This document shows, one piece after another, positions 48,125-59,311 of a stretch of DNA of 64,000 nt. How positions within the stretch are numbered: the stretch's first letter is position 1; every line of letters starts with the position of its first letter. The stretch spans positions 1-64,000 of the forward strand of contig ADNK01003488.1 of NCBI GenBank assembly GCA_000320545.1, given 5' to 3'. Below the pieces are notes generated by a model that was not told the origin of the DNA, made no database searches, and worked only from the letters and a program-made list of their open reading frames with translations. Source of the stretch: Bigelowiella natans CCMP2755 (Eukaryota; Protista; Cercozoa). The position numbers and the translations under genes were made by a program.

Positions 48125-49436
48125 ATGCGTGGGAGAAGTGAAGGGCAAGGCGCTGGTATGGCGGCTTCGAGAGACGCTACAGATGCCAGAATGCAGCCAG
48201 ACTATGGATCAACAACACAGTTTGATACCTCTAGACCTGCTTCTTGGGAAGAAATGGAAATGGGTAGCATGAGTGCGGCAAGCATAGCTCATGAACATCG
48301 CGCTTCGTTCCTACTCCTTCTCCTTATGCTTGGAATGTTAGCCTTTTCAGTATTAACGGCTGGTAGTACTGCTCATGGAATCCAAAAGCCAATTCAAAAG
48401 AAGGGCAGGGTAGACACCGGAGATGAAAGAACTAAGAACGAGCAGGGAGAGCAGCAGGAACAACCTTTCTCCACTACAAATACAGGCATGAGGCCGAAGG
48501 GACGTTGGACACATTTTCTACCACTTCCTTCGCCCGGGACTACAATTACTATTCCTCCAGGAATCAACATATCTTCAGGCACAACCTACGAAATCACAAA
48601 ACCACCTGATGAAGGCGGTGAAGAGATTTTGAAATCTTACAGGCAATGGAACTTCCGAGACGGCCTGAACATTTCAATGTGGGAAATGGGTCGTGGGCTT
48701 CATAGATCGTGTCTCTCTTGCGTACACTCTGAATGCGATATGGCAAATGAATTAGTAAACAAAACTGAAAGTAGTCCTCCTTGTATCTACTTCTGTGAAT
48801 CTGAGTATATGGTCAAATCATCCAGAAACGGTTTGGCACTATCCATGGCAATGGGAGCAGATAGCAATGATGATGATACTAATTCATGTGCTCAAAAGGG
48901 GGGGTTGTATATGGCAGGGTCTATTCAATCAAGGTGGGCTTTCCAGGAAGGCCAGGTCTCAATAGAAATGAGAATGGAAGATGGGGGGCCGAGAAATGCA
49001 GAAACATGTTTACGAATTCTCGGGTCGAAAGGCCACACAGAAATTAATATGTGCGTTTTGCCAATGTGGGGCTACGACCAAGCCACGTTATATACCCGGG
49101 AGAAGACGGGACGCAAAACTCTCAAATTTGTGCCTCTGAATTTTAAAGCATCTAAAGCTTTCCACACTTACTCGATAAAACTGGCTGAGGATTCAGTGCA
49201 GTGGATGGTAGACGGAAATGCATTACATTCCGAAAATATCGTGAGTGTACAGAATGCGATGCGTGTGAAAATTTCTTACCAGCCCGATGCTATTCATCCC
49301 AGGTACTCCTAAAATCTAAAACATTGGTATTGATCTTTAACTACGAATAGTCTAATACTAAAATTGTGATATATCCAGTTCAAAAAATTATGGAGAAGGG
49401 ATGCTGGAAATTATGAAGATATCATATCAAGAATAG
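48125..49436 (+). CDS. Type II membrane protein with a GH16/concanavalin-A-like domain, probably non-catalytic
   Basis: TM helix FLLLLLMLGMLAFSVL. GH16-like AGSIQSRWAFQEG, TEINMC and LNFKASKAFHTYSIKLAEDSVQWMVDG. A short second exon ends at TAG 49436. Confidence 0.75.
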
Positions 49437-49769
49437 AAATAATGATTATTATTATGAATAAAGACTTGTCTGTAGCAGGAAAAATCATCATGGACATGCA
49501 GTTCATAAATCTTTTTGAACTTCAGACTAGTTTTTGCTAAGCTATCGAACTTTTATTTAAATACGGCTGTGCACTTATTGCGAGAAATATAGGGTGTAAA
49601 GCTGATCCTAGCATTATGAATTTATTTTTAACATGGAGTTATTGGTGAACCTGCAGTGCTAGAGTGCGGTGTCGAACATGTAACTAAAAGCTACATTTTC
49701 CCACCTTGTTTCTCCGTCGCAATGACATTAATAGACATATATAGATATCTAGATGTACATGGTTGCGGC

Positions 49770-50010
49770 TAAAAATGTGCATTCAATCAACGATGCGACA
49801 TGTGGGCATCACATGTAGCATGGCATGCACGATAGTCCTACGCACGCACCGCGCGTACTAGCGTGCAACAATGCGGCATATTAGCATGATTGAATTTGCT
49901 GCATGTAAAGCATGTATCGTAGGCATGCAATGTGTGCGAAGAGAATGACGCGTTGGATGGTTAGCCTAGATGGAGCCTGTCACGCATGATGGCTGTTACA
50001 ACACGCTACG
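49770..50010. other. Weak TA-depleted island 5
   Basis: GCATG/CATGC/CGCG-rich with fewer TA than its flanks. The effect is partial. Confidence 0.45.
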
Positions 50011-50304
50011 CAAGTACGTTCGAGATCTTAACTCATTTTCGTATACGAACCATTTAAATTTTGGTGCGGTTATTATTACAGGTTTGCTTTGGGTTATTAC
50101 TAAACTAGTCTGTAATGACTAGTGACTGAAACATATAACAAAATGGGTCAGCCTGCTATATGCATGCTATTTGCCTACCTGTGCACGCGCACAGCTTCGA
50201 TCTTGCCATGCGAAACCAAAACCTCAGCCTTTCTCGAAACCAAAGAAGAGGATTTCTTTGATCGATGTTTTTATGTTACATCACATTTTCATTGAAATTC
50301 ATTA

Positions 50305-51944
50305 TTAGTGCTGAGGCCACCATCTTCCTGGACCCTCAGCCGGATCCTTGATAACACCATCGGTTTTTGTACCTCGATGAGGCTCCTAAAGCATTACAAG
50401 TTATTATAATGAAGGGCATACAAATTGCTATTCTCCTACCTGAAGATCCATAGGAAGAACAGTAACAGTCGCAGCGTGGCGTTGAATCGCGGATGAGTAG
50501 AGTGGTCTCCCATTTCCTGTGTTTTATTCATTCACACAATTTCAACACCATATTCTTCTTCTTCGTTTTATATTGAGAAGAAGACTTGAAAACAATCAAT
50601 GTGAGTCCTAGTACGTTTAAAGTTCTCCTTGATTGCTTGACGGATTGGAATTGTTACTTTATGTCTTGTGAAAGATGATCCTGGCTGAAATAGAACATAG
50701 GAGTTCGCTTCTGCAAATATATCATGTTAACCTCCTCCATTTACATGCATTTGAACAATTATGAAATGCACCTGTGCCGAACGCAAATCGGGGATGGCTG
50801 TATAGAGAAATATGTCAAGATAATCATGTAATCATACGAGAAAAGAGTTTTACTTCGATGGATAACACGCAGCGAAAGTCGTCACAAAGAAGTACCTGTT
50901 AAATAGTATCGCGTTTGTGATAATCATCCTCATTTTCAACGAACGAAAGAACAAAGAAAATATGTAAAAATATCAAACTACTTGTCATCCCATCGAAATC
51001 TCCAAGTATGGCCCTCAAGTGGTTGCTTCATCACATTTAAATCTTTGTAAATAAAAAATCAACGATATTTCAATTTAAGTTTTCACAGGCGTTAGCATCT
51101 GATGATCATCATCACCAACCTGTTGGATCCATTTTGCCCAATGCCACAAGTAGCTGATATGATGTTAGTAACTTAATTGTAGTAGCGGTCAGTTTAAACA
51201 CTAAATAACGACGACCACTGAGATCAACCCGATGCTGTTTTACCTACCTCATAAACAGCTTTTCCATGGCTTTTCCATTCATTTCCCGTATTTCTAATAT
51301 AAGTAAAACTCTTACGGGAGTATCCATAAAGACGAGCATAATGATTTACTCTATTTCAAACAGGAAACCGTCAACGTCGGATGCATTTGCAAAGTCAAAG
51401 AATGCACGAGTGCTGGCTTTCACATCCTATTAACAAAGTGGTTAAAATTGCATTTATATTCGATAAGATGGAGACACAGTTTCTGGTCATCCCCACCTGT
51501 TGCATACTTCCCATTCTACAAGTTTTTCCACCCCTTTCCTCGAGTATTAGTACACCATTGAATCAGGGCATTACAAAGTTGAAAATCATTACCAGATTTT
51601 AGCGCTGGCCGCATAGAAGCAATGGGTGTTTCTCTTTATATTCTCAAACCGTTTTAAGCATGCTGAATGTGCTACATATTTTAAGAAAAGTGGACATCAT
51701 TATACGCTAAACTCTTCCGTAAACTTATAAATCAATTGCTACCTGGATTGTATTTTCGGCATTTTTGAATTTCATTCAGTATTTTTGTGTCCCGTTGGAC
51801 GACAGTATTTATTTTTTCTACTTCCTCATTTTTAAATAGCTTTTTATTCTTTGAAATAATACTATTACGTAGCAAGCAGCATGGAATTGCCAGAAGTAGT
51901 ATCACTAAAATGTGCAGAACGGTTGTTCCGAGTTTACCAAGCAC
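50305..51944 (-). CDS. Hypothetical multi-exon protein with an N-terminal membrane anchor
   Basis: A chain of short GT-AG-bounded exons ends EPHRGTKTDGVIKDPAEGPGRWWPQH* (TAA 50305-50307). Hydrophobic VLHILVILLLAIPCC lies near the N-terminus. No family recognised and the start is uncertain. Confidence 0.5.
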
Positions 51945-52742
51945 ATTTATTATTCCCCTAAATATGTTATTTAGTTAAATTGTTATGGATGTGAGTGAGC
52001 AATGCCTAGAAAATACGTTTAAGAATTCCTTGATAATAGAAATAAATACTTCCAAAAGAGAGAAGGCCGTAGTAGTACCAAAAACATGCTAACGCAACAA
52101 GCGACGAAGCCGCTCGAAAAATTCGCTCGCGTCTGTGAAAGCTGGAAACGTGAGAGGATAAAGCTTCGGGCGTCGTCGTCATAAATTCGCCACATCTGCA
52201 CCTAAAACTCCAAGCTTCATTTGTGTGCTGACAACAATTGCATGTATTGTGACCAGTAAAGCTTCCCTCCCATTGGATCTATTGCTTGTGGCGTTTCCTA
52301 TTTTATCCAAAGCTGCTTACTTAAATACTCAGGCATAAAACATAGATGTCTACTGCTTACCGGATTTCCGAGCCATCCACATGGTCTTCTTGTTTTGTGT
52401 GAGAAGAGGAAATTGTTGAAGTTGCATTTCGTCCAATATCCTTCCATAATGCGAGCAGAACCATTAACTTCAAAATTTTGTCCTAGCATCTAGTCCTTAA
52501 AACATATATCTATAACTCCTTCTCTTTCTCTTTCTCCTCCTCCTCCTCCCTACCGCTTGGTAATAAACTAATGACTTACTCCACAGTATGTTCGATAGCA
52601 TCTAGTTGTGGCCGTGCTCTTATGAAATTTTATCAAGAGATCATCAGAGAGTCGCTAGCGAATATTGCCCTATATTCACAAGGTACGACAACACAACAGG
52701 CCCATCATTGTATACAACGTAATAGATTCACACTGAACGACA

Positions 52743-54388
52743 ATGTCATATCCAAGACGCTTCTTTCACAAGGCCAGTATTTATCCTCCCTATCCTCCCC
52801 AAGCGCCCTCTCCAGCGCGGCTCTCCTGGGTTGCCATGCAGTCACGAGGAGTACAGTGCTGCTGCCTAAATTCACGATTACCAACTTTCATGAAATTTAA
52901 TCGCGGCATACGTTTGGTGTCATCTAGATCAACCATGAGATTGAGGCAACGTGTTCAAATTGCCCATCATCCATGTCCGTTTATTTCGAGAAAACGAGGT
53001 TTTTGTGGTAAATCGGCTAAAGAATCTGGGGAGAAGAATGATGTGGAGTCTGAGATTGCAGATGCTAGAGACGAGGACTATGACAGGGCGCGTCAGACTC
53101 TACAGGAGAGCGTGTTACCAATGTTTGTATCCTCTGCCGAGGTCGTAAATTACGACAAAAGAGAGAGAGAGAGAGAGAGAGCTTGAATGAATCATTGACA
53201 CAATGTTCTTGCTATAGTGGGGTGGATTTTTTAAATTTGGTCAATGTATCTACCAGCAAGATCGAATGATTACTGTATATTAGAAGTTTAAAAGACTGTC
53301 CTTCCGTCACTGAGGGTGGTTCCGTAAATGTCTGTTTCAGGGAATTGAAATGCTGCCTACGACCATCTTCCATGTAGTTTTCGGTTTTGTGCAATATGTG
53401 GGGCTGGCAGGTCATCAAGTTAACATGGAGGAACTTCGAGAAGGTAGCGAATGTTTCCATCTAGAGGATAATGAGTAAGAATTCACACTCCAAGTGTGTG
53501 TGTCTTCTTTGGTGGCTGATAGGATTGGTCCAGGCTCGGCGGTACATCATTGATATGTTCAACGAGGACGATTACGAGGCCATTGAGCGCGTGGTAAGTA
53601 GTGGACTAAGTTTCTTTCACCTATATTGTGAGGCGAGAAGACACAGAACACTGAAATTCACAACCAGGCTGCAACTGAAGTAGCAGATGCTTTTCGGGAG
53701 ACTCGTCGTCTCTGGGAGGAAGGAAAGAAGAGTAGCGGGTATACAATGAGGTAATAATAATGATAAGAAGCACTCCGCTTCTATACCCATTAAATCACAT
53801 GATAACATTCACTTAGTTACTCTGTGGAATCTATCGAAAATGCACTGGTGGTTTCTTCACAAGTTGTAGTAGATGATGATAACTACGAAGAGGTCAGATT
53901 TCTATGAAGACAATCTGAATTTTATTTTGCTAATAATTATGATGAATTTGTGCACAATAATGTAGAGAAGCATGTTTGCATCGTGGTATCGTTGGGCACA
54001 GCTCAATCCTTTTCTGAATTGGATGGTGGAGCCCGCGGAAGTGACAGGCCGATTTGAGATCTACGTATTATACTCGAACCACGAATTGTACGTTCACATT
54101 TAACCCTAAATTCTTTTGTATCAACACCCAGAAGAGATAAGATAAATCTTGTACAAACATACATCAGATATCAGATCAGAAATAAGGATGGGGAACTTAT
54201 TGATGTAGGCCAGTCTAAAGCGCACCCTGTTCAGGTTTCTTAAGAGATAGTCAGTACCTTTTCAGTTTAATTATTTAAGTTTAATTTAGCGGTTATGGAG
54301 ATTCTCTAAAGACTTTGATTCAAGTGAAAGTGCGGACAGCAATGCTGATCGACCCTGGATTCTTTCTGCACTAGTTGGTCCCATGTGA
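52743..54388 (+). CDS. Probable mitochondrial Tim44-like (NTF2-fold; MAIP1/Mba1-type) protein
   Basis: Arg/Ser-rich presequence-like N-terminus. Exons give ARRYIIDMFNEDDYEAIERV, IRNKDGELID and the last exon RLWRFSKDFD...PWILSAL*, which fits the Tim44 W-x-F...W-x-L ending. Confidence 0.55.
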
Positions 54389-54699
54389 AAAAAAGTACCC
54401 ACTTGATGGTTCCACGCCGAAAATGAGATGCCACGTGGGCGGCATGAGTTGTGCAATCAGGGCTACCTGTAACATAGATTACTTGTACTGCAACCGTTTG
54501 CCAAGTTACATGCAACGTTCCATTTTGAAATTGATTCCTTTCAAGTAGCAGTTGCTCGCAGACATCTCTCCAACACGCAGCTGCTTGTTCACTAGTTTAG
54601 GGGTTGTTAATCAATTCAGCTAGAATTGAATATTCCGTTGTGTGGGAGTCTCTGTTGACGGGGATTAGCTGTCTGTAGAGGAGGCAACCAATACTTGCA

Positions 54700-55420
54700 C
54701 ATTGCAACACATTGCATGCAATGGGCAATCACATGTAAACACAATTCACCACAGCGAACCCATGAAGTAAAAGTGAACACAGTCCAGTGCTCCAGAGCGC
54801 GTATTTTTGCGTCTGCTGATCGAAGATCCACTGCCTGCTATCCTTGCGAATTTTCCCCGAAAACATGTTGCCCTAGCTTGAACAAATTGTTGATTTTTTG
54901 ATGAGCAAATGAAGCACTGCTGCATGACGAATGAGCCGAAACGTTTTCAAGTCAACGCATCGCGGCGCAAGTCTGATGAAAGCACAATGCAGGTGATCTA
55001 GTGATCTCTAGCTTCACATTCTGGCATTGCATGCATGCATGCAGCATTTCAGTGCATGCCAGCATGCGGTGCGTGCGCACATCTCACATGTTTTAGTGCG
55101 TGCTGCAAACATTGTACACACATTGCAGCATGCAACACGCAGCACGCATTGCACATGTCATGCACAACACTGTGTCTATGTGTCCATTGTTGGGCTTGAC
55201 ATCACGCCCATATCTAGATATAGCTAGCATCGCATATAGCTTCAGATACACCGATGACAGACATGTGCGCCGTAGCATTGGCGCAGCGAGATGGATGCGA
55301 TGGATTGCTCGATCGTGCACAATTGTGTGCCTGGTGATGAGCGCATTGCTAGGTCATGCTGAAAAGGAACAAGAAAGCCACAAAGCCATTATGGTCTGGA
55401 TGCGATGCAAGTTTTACCAA
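54700..55420. other. TA-depleted island 6
   Basis: 54845-55090 has TA only in CTAG. (GCAT)n-type tracts are present and the edges are partial. Confidence 0.75.
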
Positions 55421-55541
55421 AATGTATGCATTTTTTGGTGGAATTGTAATAATAGTCTGTACAAACTAACCTTTTCTCATGTGCATGCTACGTGCAATCA
55501 TGCTCTGTTTTGGTTGTATCAAAATTTCAAATATATGTATG

Positions 55542-55580
<39 letters not shown>

Positions 55581-55719
55581 GTGTCCATTAACATCTAGTA
55601 TGGACACATTGGAGTTCCTGTATGCACCACACGAACTCTCTTTTTTTGTAGATGCTATTGAGCGCCCGAGGAAGGATGCACCGGGGACAAAATAAATTGT
55701 CTCACAGATTCCAGTCTAA

Positions 55720-56493
55720 CTAAATCGGAATTGCATCCAAAATAACATTCTTTATTTGATTAGCTTTGTGCATGTCATTAATTACTTGGACACGCAAATC
55801 TTCCTCCGTCTCACATAAACCAGGAATATAATCACGGATTTTACCAAGAATCTCAAGGCTAACCAATCCAAGCGGCACAATTTTGTATGGCTTCCCGTCT
55901 TCGCGCATTAGTTCCATCTCCATAGACCCTCTCTGATTTGATATCTCAGATCTTCGCATAAATGCAACAGAAAGTCTGGGTTGTCCACAGATTCTTACGA
56001 GGTACACCCCAGGTTTTAGAGCCTTTTCAAAATCTCCAGAGCTAACTATTTTACCGAACATAGTTGCGAACCCAATAGATGCCATTGCACCCGTAGGAGA
56101 ACTAGGAGAGAGTTCTATTGTTGTTTTTTCGACCTCTCGTAGTTTCATCTCTTTTAGGTTATTTTCCCAACCATCTCCAACGGTCTTCTGATCAATCGTG
56201 TGTTTGATTTCTTCTCTTTGCTGTGGTCTTCCAAAGCGGCGACTATTAATGACGCTCAAAGTGGAAAATCCCTTGCACCTATCTTCAGTTTTGAGCCCAT
56301 TGTTTTGACCTTTATCTGCGACAATAGTGAAGAATGTGGCCCTTGAATGAGCTCGAATACTTCGGAACATAGAAAACCGAGATGACAGAAATGGTCTTGA
56401 AGGATTCTCTTTCGAAATTGTTCTTAGAATTCTAAAGTTCCTTGGTGTCTTTACAAAACCAGTTAAATTCTTCATTGCTAGCGTCGTCACCAT
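55720..56493 (-). CDS. Hypothetical protein, single exon, possible mitochondrial presequence
   Basis: 257-aa ORF of normal composition with an Arg/Ser/Phe-rich N-terminus. No family recognised. Confidence 0.6.
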   Translation of the reverse strand: MVTTLAMKNLTGFVKTPRNFRILRTISKENPSRPFLSSRFSMFRSIRAHSRATFFTIVADKGQNNGLKTEDRCKGFSTLSVINSRRFGRPQQREEIKHTIDQKTVGDGWENNLKEMKLREVEKTTIELSPSSPTGAMASIGFATMFGKIVSSGDFEKALKPGVYLVRICGQPRLSVAFMRRSEISNQRGSMEMELMREDGKPYKIVPLGLVSLEILGKIRDYIPGLCETEEDLRVQVINDMHKANQIKNVILDAIPI

Positions 56494-57184
56494 TATTTCG
56501 ATCCTATTCTTCTATCGAGCTGTTTACCAAAGGGGAAGAGAGGGGGGGAGAGATATGGAGAATTTATAAGAGGTGTGCAGATCGCGAACTTCAGGCAAAA
56601 GCAAGGGGATTTCTGGACGATTTTCAAGGTATTTCATCCAAATGAGAAAAGTCCTCAAGAGAATAAAGAATAAATGTGGGTATTATTTTTACATGTACGT
56701 CGACGCATGCCCTATCCTACTCTAATTAAAGGGGGGGTATTCGCAATCGTGAAAACACCTTAACCTCACCGAGTTATTAGCGTGACATTTAAAGGCTACG
56801 ACAAAATCGTGTCAGAACTCCGAGCAAGATCGGAAAAGCAGGAACAAGCTCGTGACAAAAGGGGGACAAATAATTGTTGTTGCGATCATTGTTGTACGAG
56901 CTGTTGTCGTCGATGTTGTGTCCTAAGAATGAATGTTGCCGAAGAAAAATGAAATTGCCATCAAAATGAGAATCTAAAAACCCACCCAGGAAATAGAACT
57001 AGAAATTAAGACTCGTGCAAGAACTACTAGACTATTGCATAACAAATGGTTGTCGCAAAATAAAATACAAGAGGGTCGTCAAGGGTGCGACTTCCTCACG
57101 ATGGTATTAAGCCTTAAAGTGTTAAAAAGGAGGAGAATGAGGATGAGGAGAAAGGACAACTGATCCGATCCATCGTTTCATCTC

Positions 57185-57564
57185 ATGCCTTTACTTTCCT
57201 CTTGGACCCTTCAAGCTCTCATTCATGCAAATTGGAAATTTACAATGGTGTACGCCATTGTCACCGCAATTTCTATACTCTACAAAGGTACGGCACAAGA
57301 TAACAGCTCTCCCGTGCTTTGTGGGAGCTCATAATGTATTACAGCCTCAAAGTTTAATCATGGCTTCGGGGTGGAAATAGCTGTCCTAGTGCTCATTTTA
57401 CTTTATGAGCCCATAAGGCTCTCCATAGGTACATTATCTTCCTTATTTCTCTTTACACTGCTGAAACCTTTTCACTACTCCTTAGGAATGTCGGCAAATA
57501 AGCGCGATAGCGCACCGTTTTTGGTACACTGACACTTTCAAATTTAGATGTAGACACAATCTAT

Positions 57565-57652
<88 letters not shown>

Positions 57653-57654
57653 GT

Positions 57655-57694
<40 letters not shown>

Positions 57695-58011
57695 TTACAC
57701 AGATAGTATATCTCATGATTATTCAATTCCAAGGCTTCCTTCTACTATGCTTTAACAGGCCTTGTTTTTCGCACTCTGTGGACCATCACTTGCTGTGGGA
57801 GTATACTTCGTCAGCATGCAATACATCTCGTAAGATATCCATAAAGGTATGATAACCGATTGAGTATATTATTCTGGTATTTTAAATTAGGTTACGCTTG
57901 GACACGGCAATCAACGTAGTCTTTATAATTTTCGTGGTGGGAGAAGTTCTTCTCACATTGATACAGCTCCTTCGCCTAGTGCAGCTGTTACCTCAGGAGT
58001 TAAAAATATAA
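57185..58011 (+). CDS. TMEM17/TMEM216/TMEM80-family ciliary transition-zone membrane protein, 5 exons
   Basis: Spliced: [17 protein letters not shown]...ILYK|A...[10 protein letters not shown]|GMSANKRD...YFVSMQYIS|LRLDTAIN...GEVLL. This matches the LSS-x-LQ / E-x-IRL-x-G / Q-x-L pattern of the Transmemb_17 family. Confidence 0.8.
57569..57692. repeat. Long (TA)n followed by (TG)n microsatellite in an intron
   Basis: About 80 bp of perfect (TA)n, then (TG)n. Confidence 0.95.
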
Positions 58012-58244
58012 CCAGAAACTGCTACGTGAGCTTGTTTGGGCTTTGAAGATATCATGTAAGTCATGTTCAATCTACAGAATGCCAAAGCAATAAATCTATA
58101 AAATTCCCAAATATTAATATGTACTGGAACCAAAGTCTCTAAACTCTTGATTTTCTTTGACTAAGAACTGTGAGATGTAAAATCTTTTGGATGAAGTCGC
58201 AACTTTAGCGTTTCTTGTTTTTGGGTTGCGAACCCTAATCCTAC

Positions 58245-59200
58245 ATGCCATGCACAATCATGCGATGCACAGCTAAATGCATTGCATGTGCACAGCACGC
58301 ACTGCTACAGCTCGACATCATTCATCCGTGTTGTGGAACACCACATGTCTACATCAACGTGCATGCATGCATGTGCACGCCCCGCGTGCTAGCGTGCCTT
58401 GCATCTGCAAATGTGCACAACTCATTGAAAACATGCAAAAAAGCTTGTTTGTTGAACACATTGAACGCAATGTGGCGTTCTAGCGTTGCTTCTAACTGCA
58501 TGTGCAGCTGCTTGCGCGCGCATCACAGCAACAACGCACGCACCTAGCTAGCTAGCTAGCGCTAGCAGGCACAATGACGGGCGGACCATGCAACATTGCG
58601 TGCGGCGCATGCATATTGCAAGCACACATCTGAGCACGCAAGATGATGTTGAATTGTTTGTTCACACATTGAACTTGCAACTAGGTTCATTGAGCTCTCC
58701 GACATGACATGATGTGTCATGGCTTCCCCTGTCCAGACACGATGGTTGTTCATGCATGTCAGTTGTCATGTCCATGAGATTGTCATTGCAGTTCCATATA
58801 GCTGTGCATCCGCCACAACTGACGCACAGGCATGCTAGCATGTGCAAAGACAAGTGACATCGATCAGCTCATTTCGGTTCTCCAGTTCTGAGTTCAGTTG
58901 CGCATGTCTTTTGCATCACGATCATCGTCTACTTGAAGCCCAGGGCATTCTAGCATTGCGGCAAATCTAACACTGCTGCTGTGTATTCTTGTTGTTGCAC
59001 ATCTTGCTGCACATGCAGCATCATTGCACCGCGTTGTTGACATCCCACACTAGCACCCGCCTTGTTTCAGTTTGGTGATTGACCATGCTCACAATGCTAG
59101 CTAGCTAGCAAAGTACCTGGCTAGCTAGATCGAAATCATGTGCGTCAAAAATTGCGGCATGATCATCAACGATGATTCGATTGTCATGAACGCATCCATC
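58245..59200. other. TA-depleted island 7
   Basis: (CTAG)n runs at about 58544 and 59097. Surviving non-CTAG TA are mostly CTAC/CTAA. Confidence 0.85.
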
Positions 59201-59311
59201 GAATCTTATTAATCAGCTATAACATGATTCTTTCCTAGCATATTCTGCTCATTGGGAATGGACATAGTCGAAAGAATTGGACATTGATGTGGAAGCTGCT
59301 GTGAGATTTGT

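Noticed and set aside
54101-54110. Telomere-like AACCCTAA motifs (also ~58231)
   Set aside because: Single isolated copies, expected by chance.
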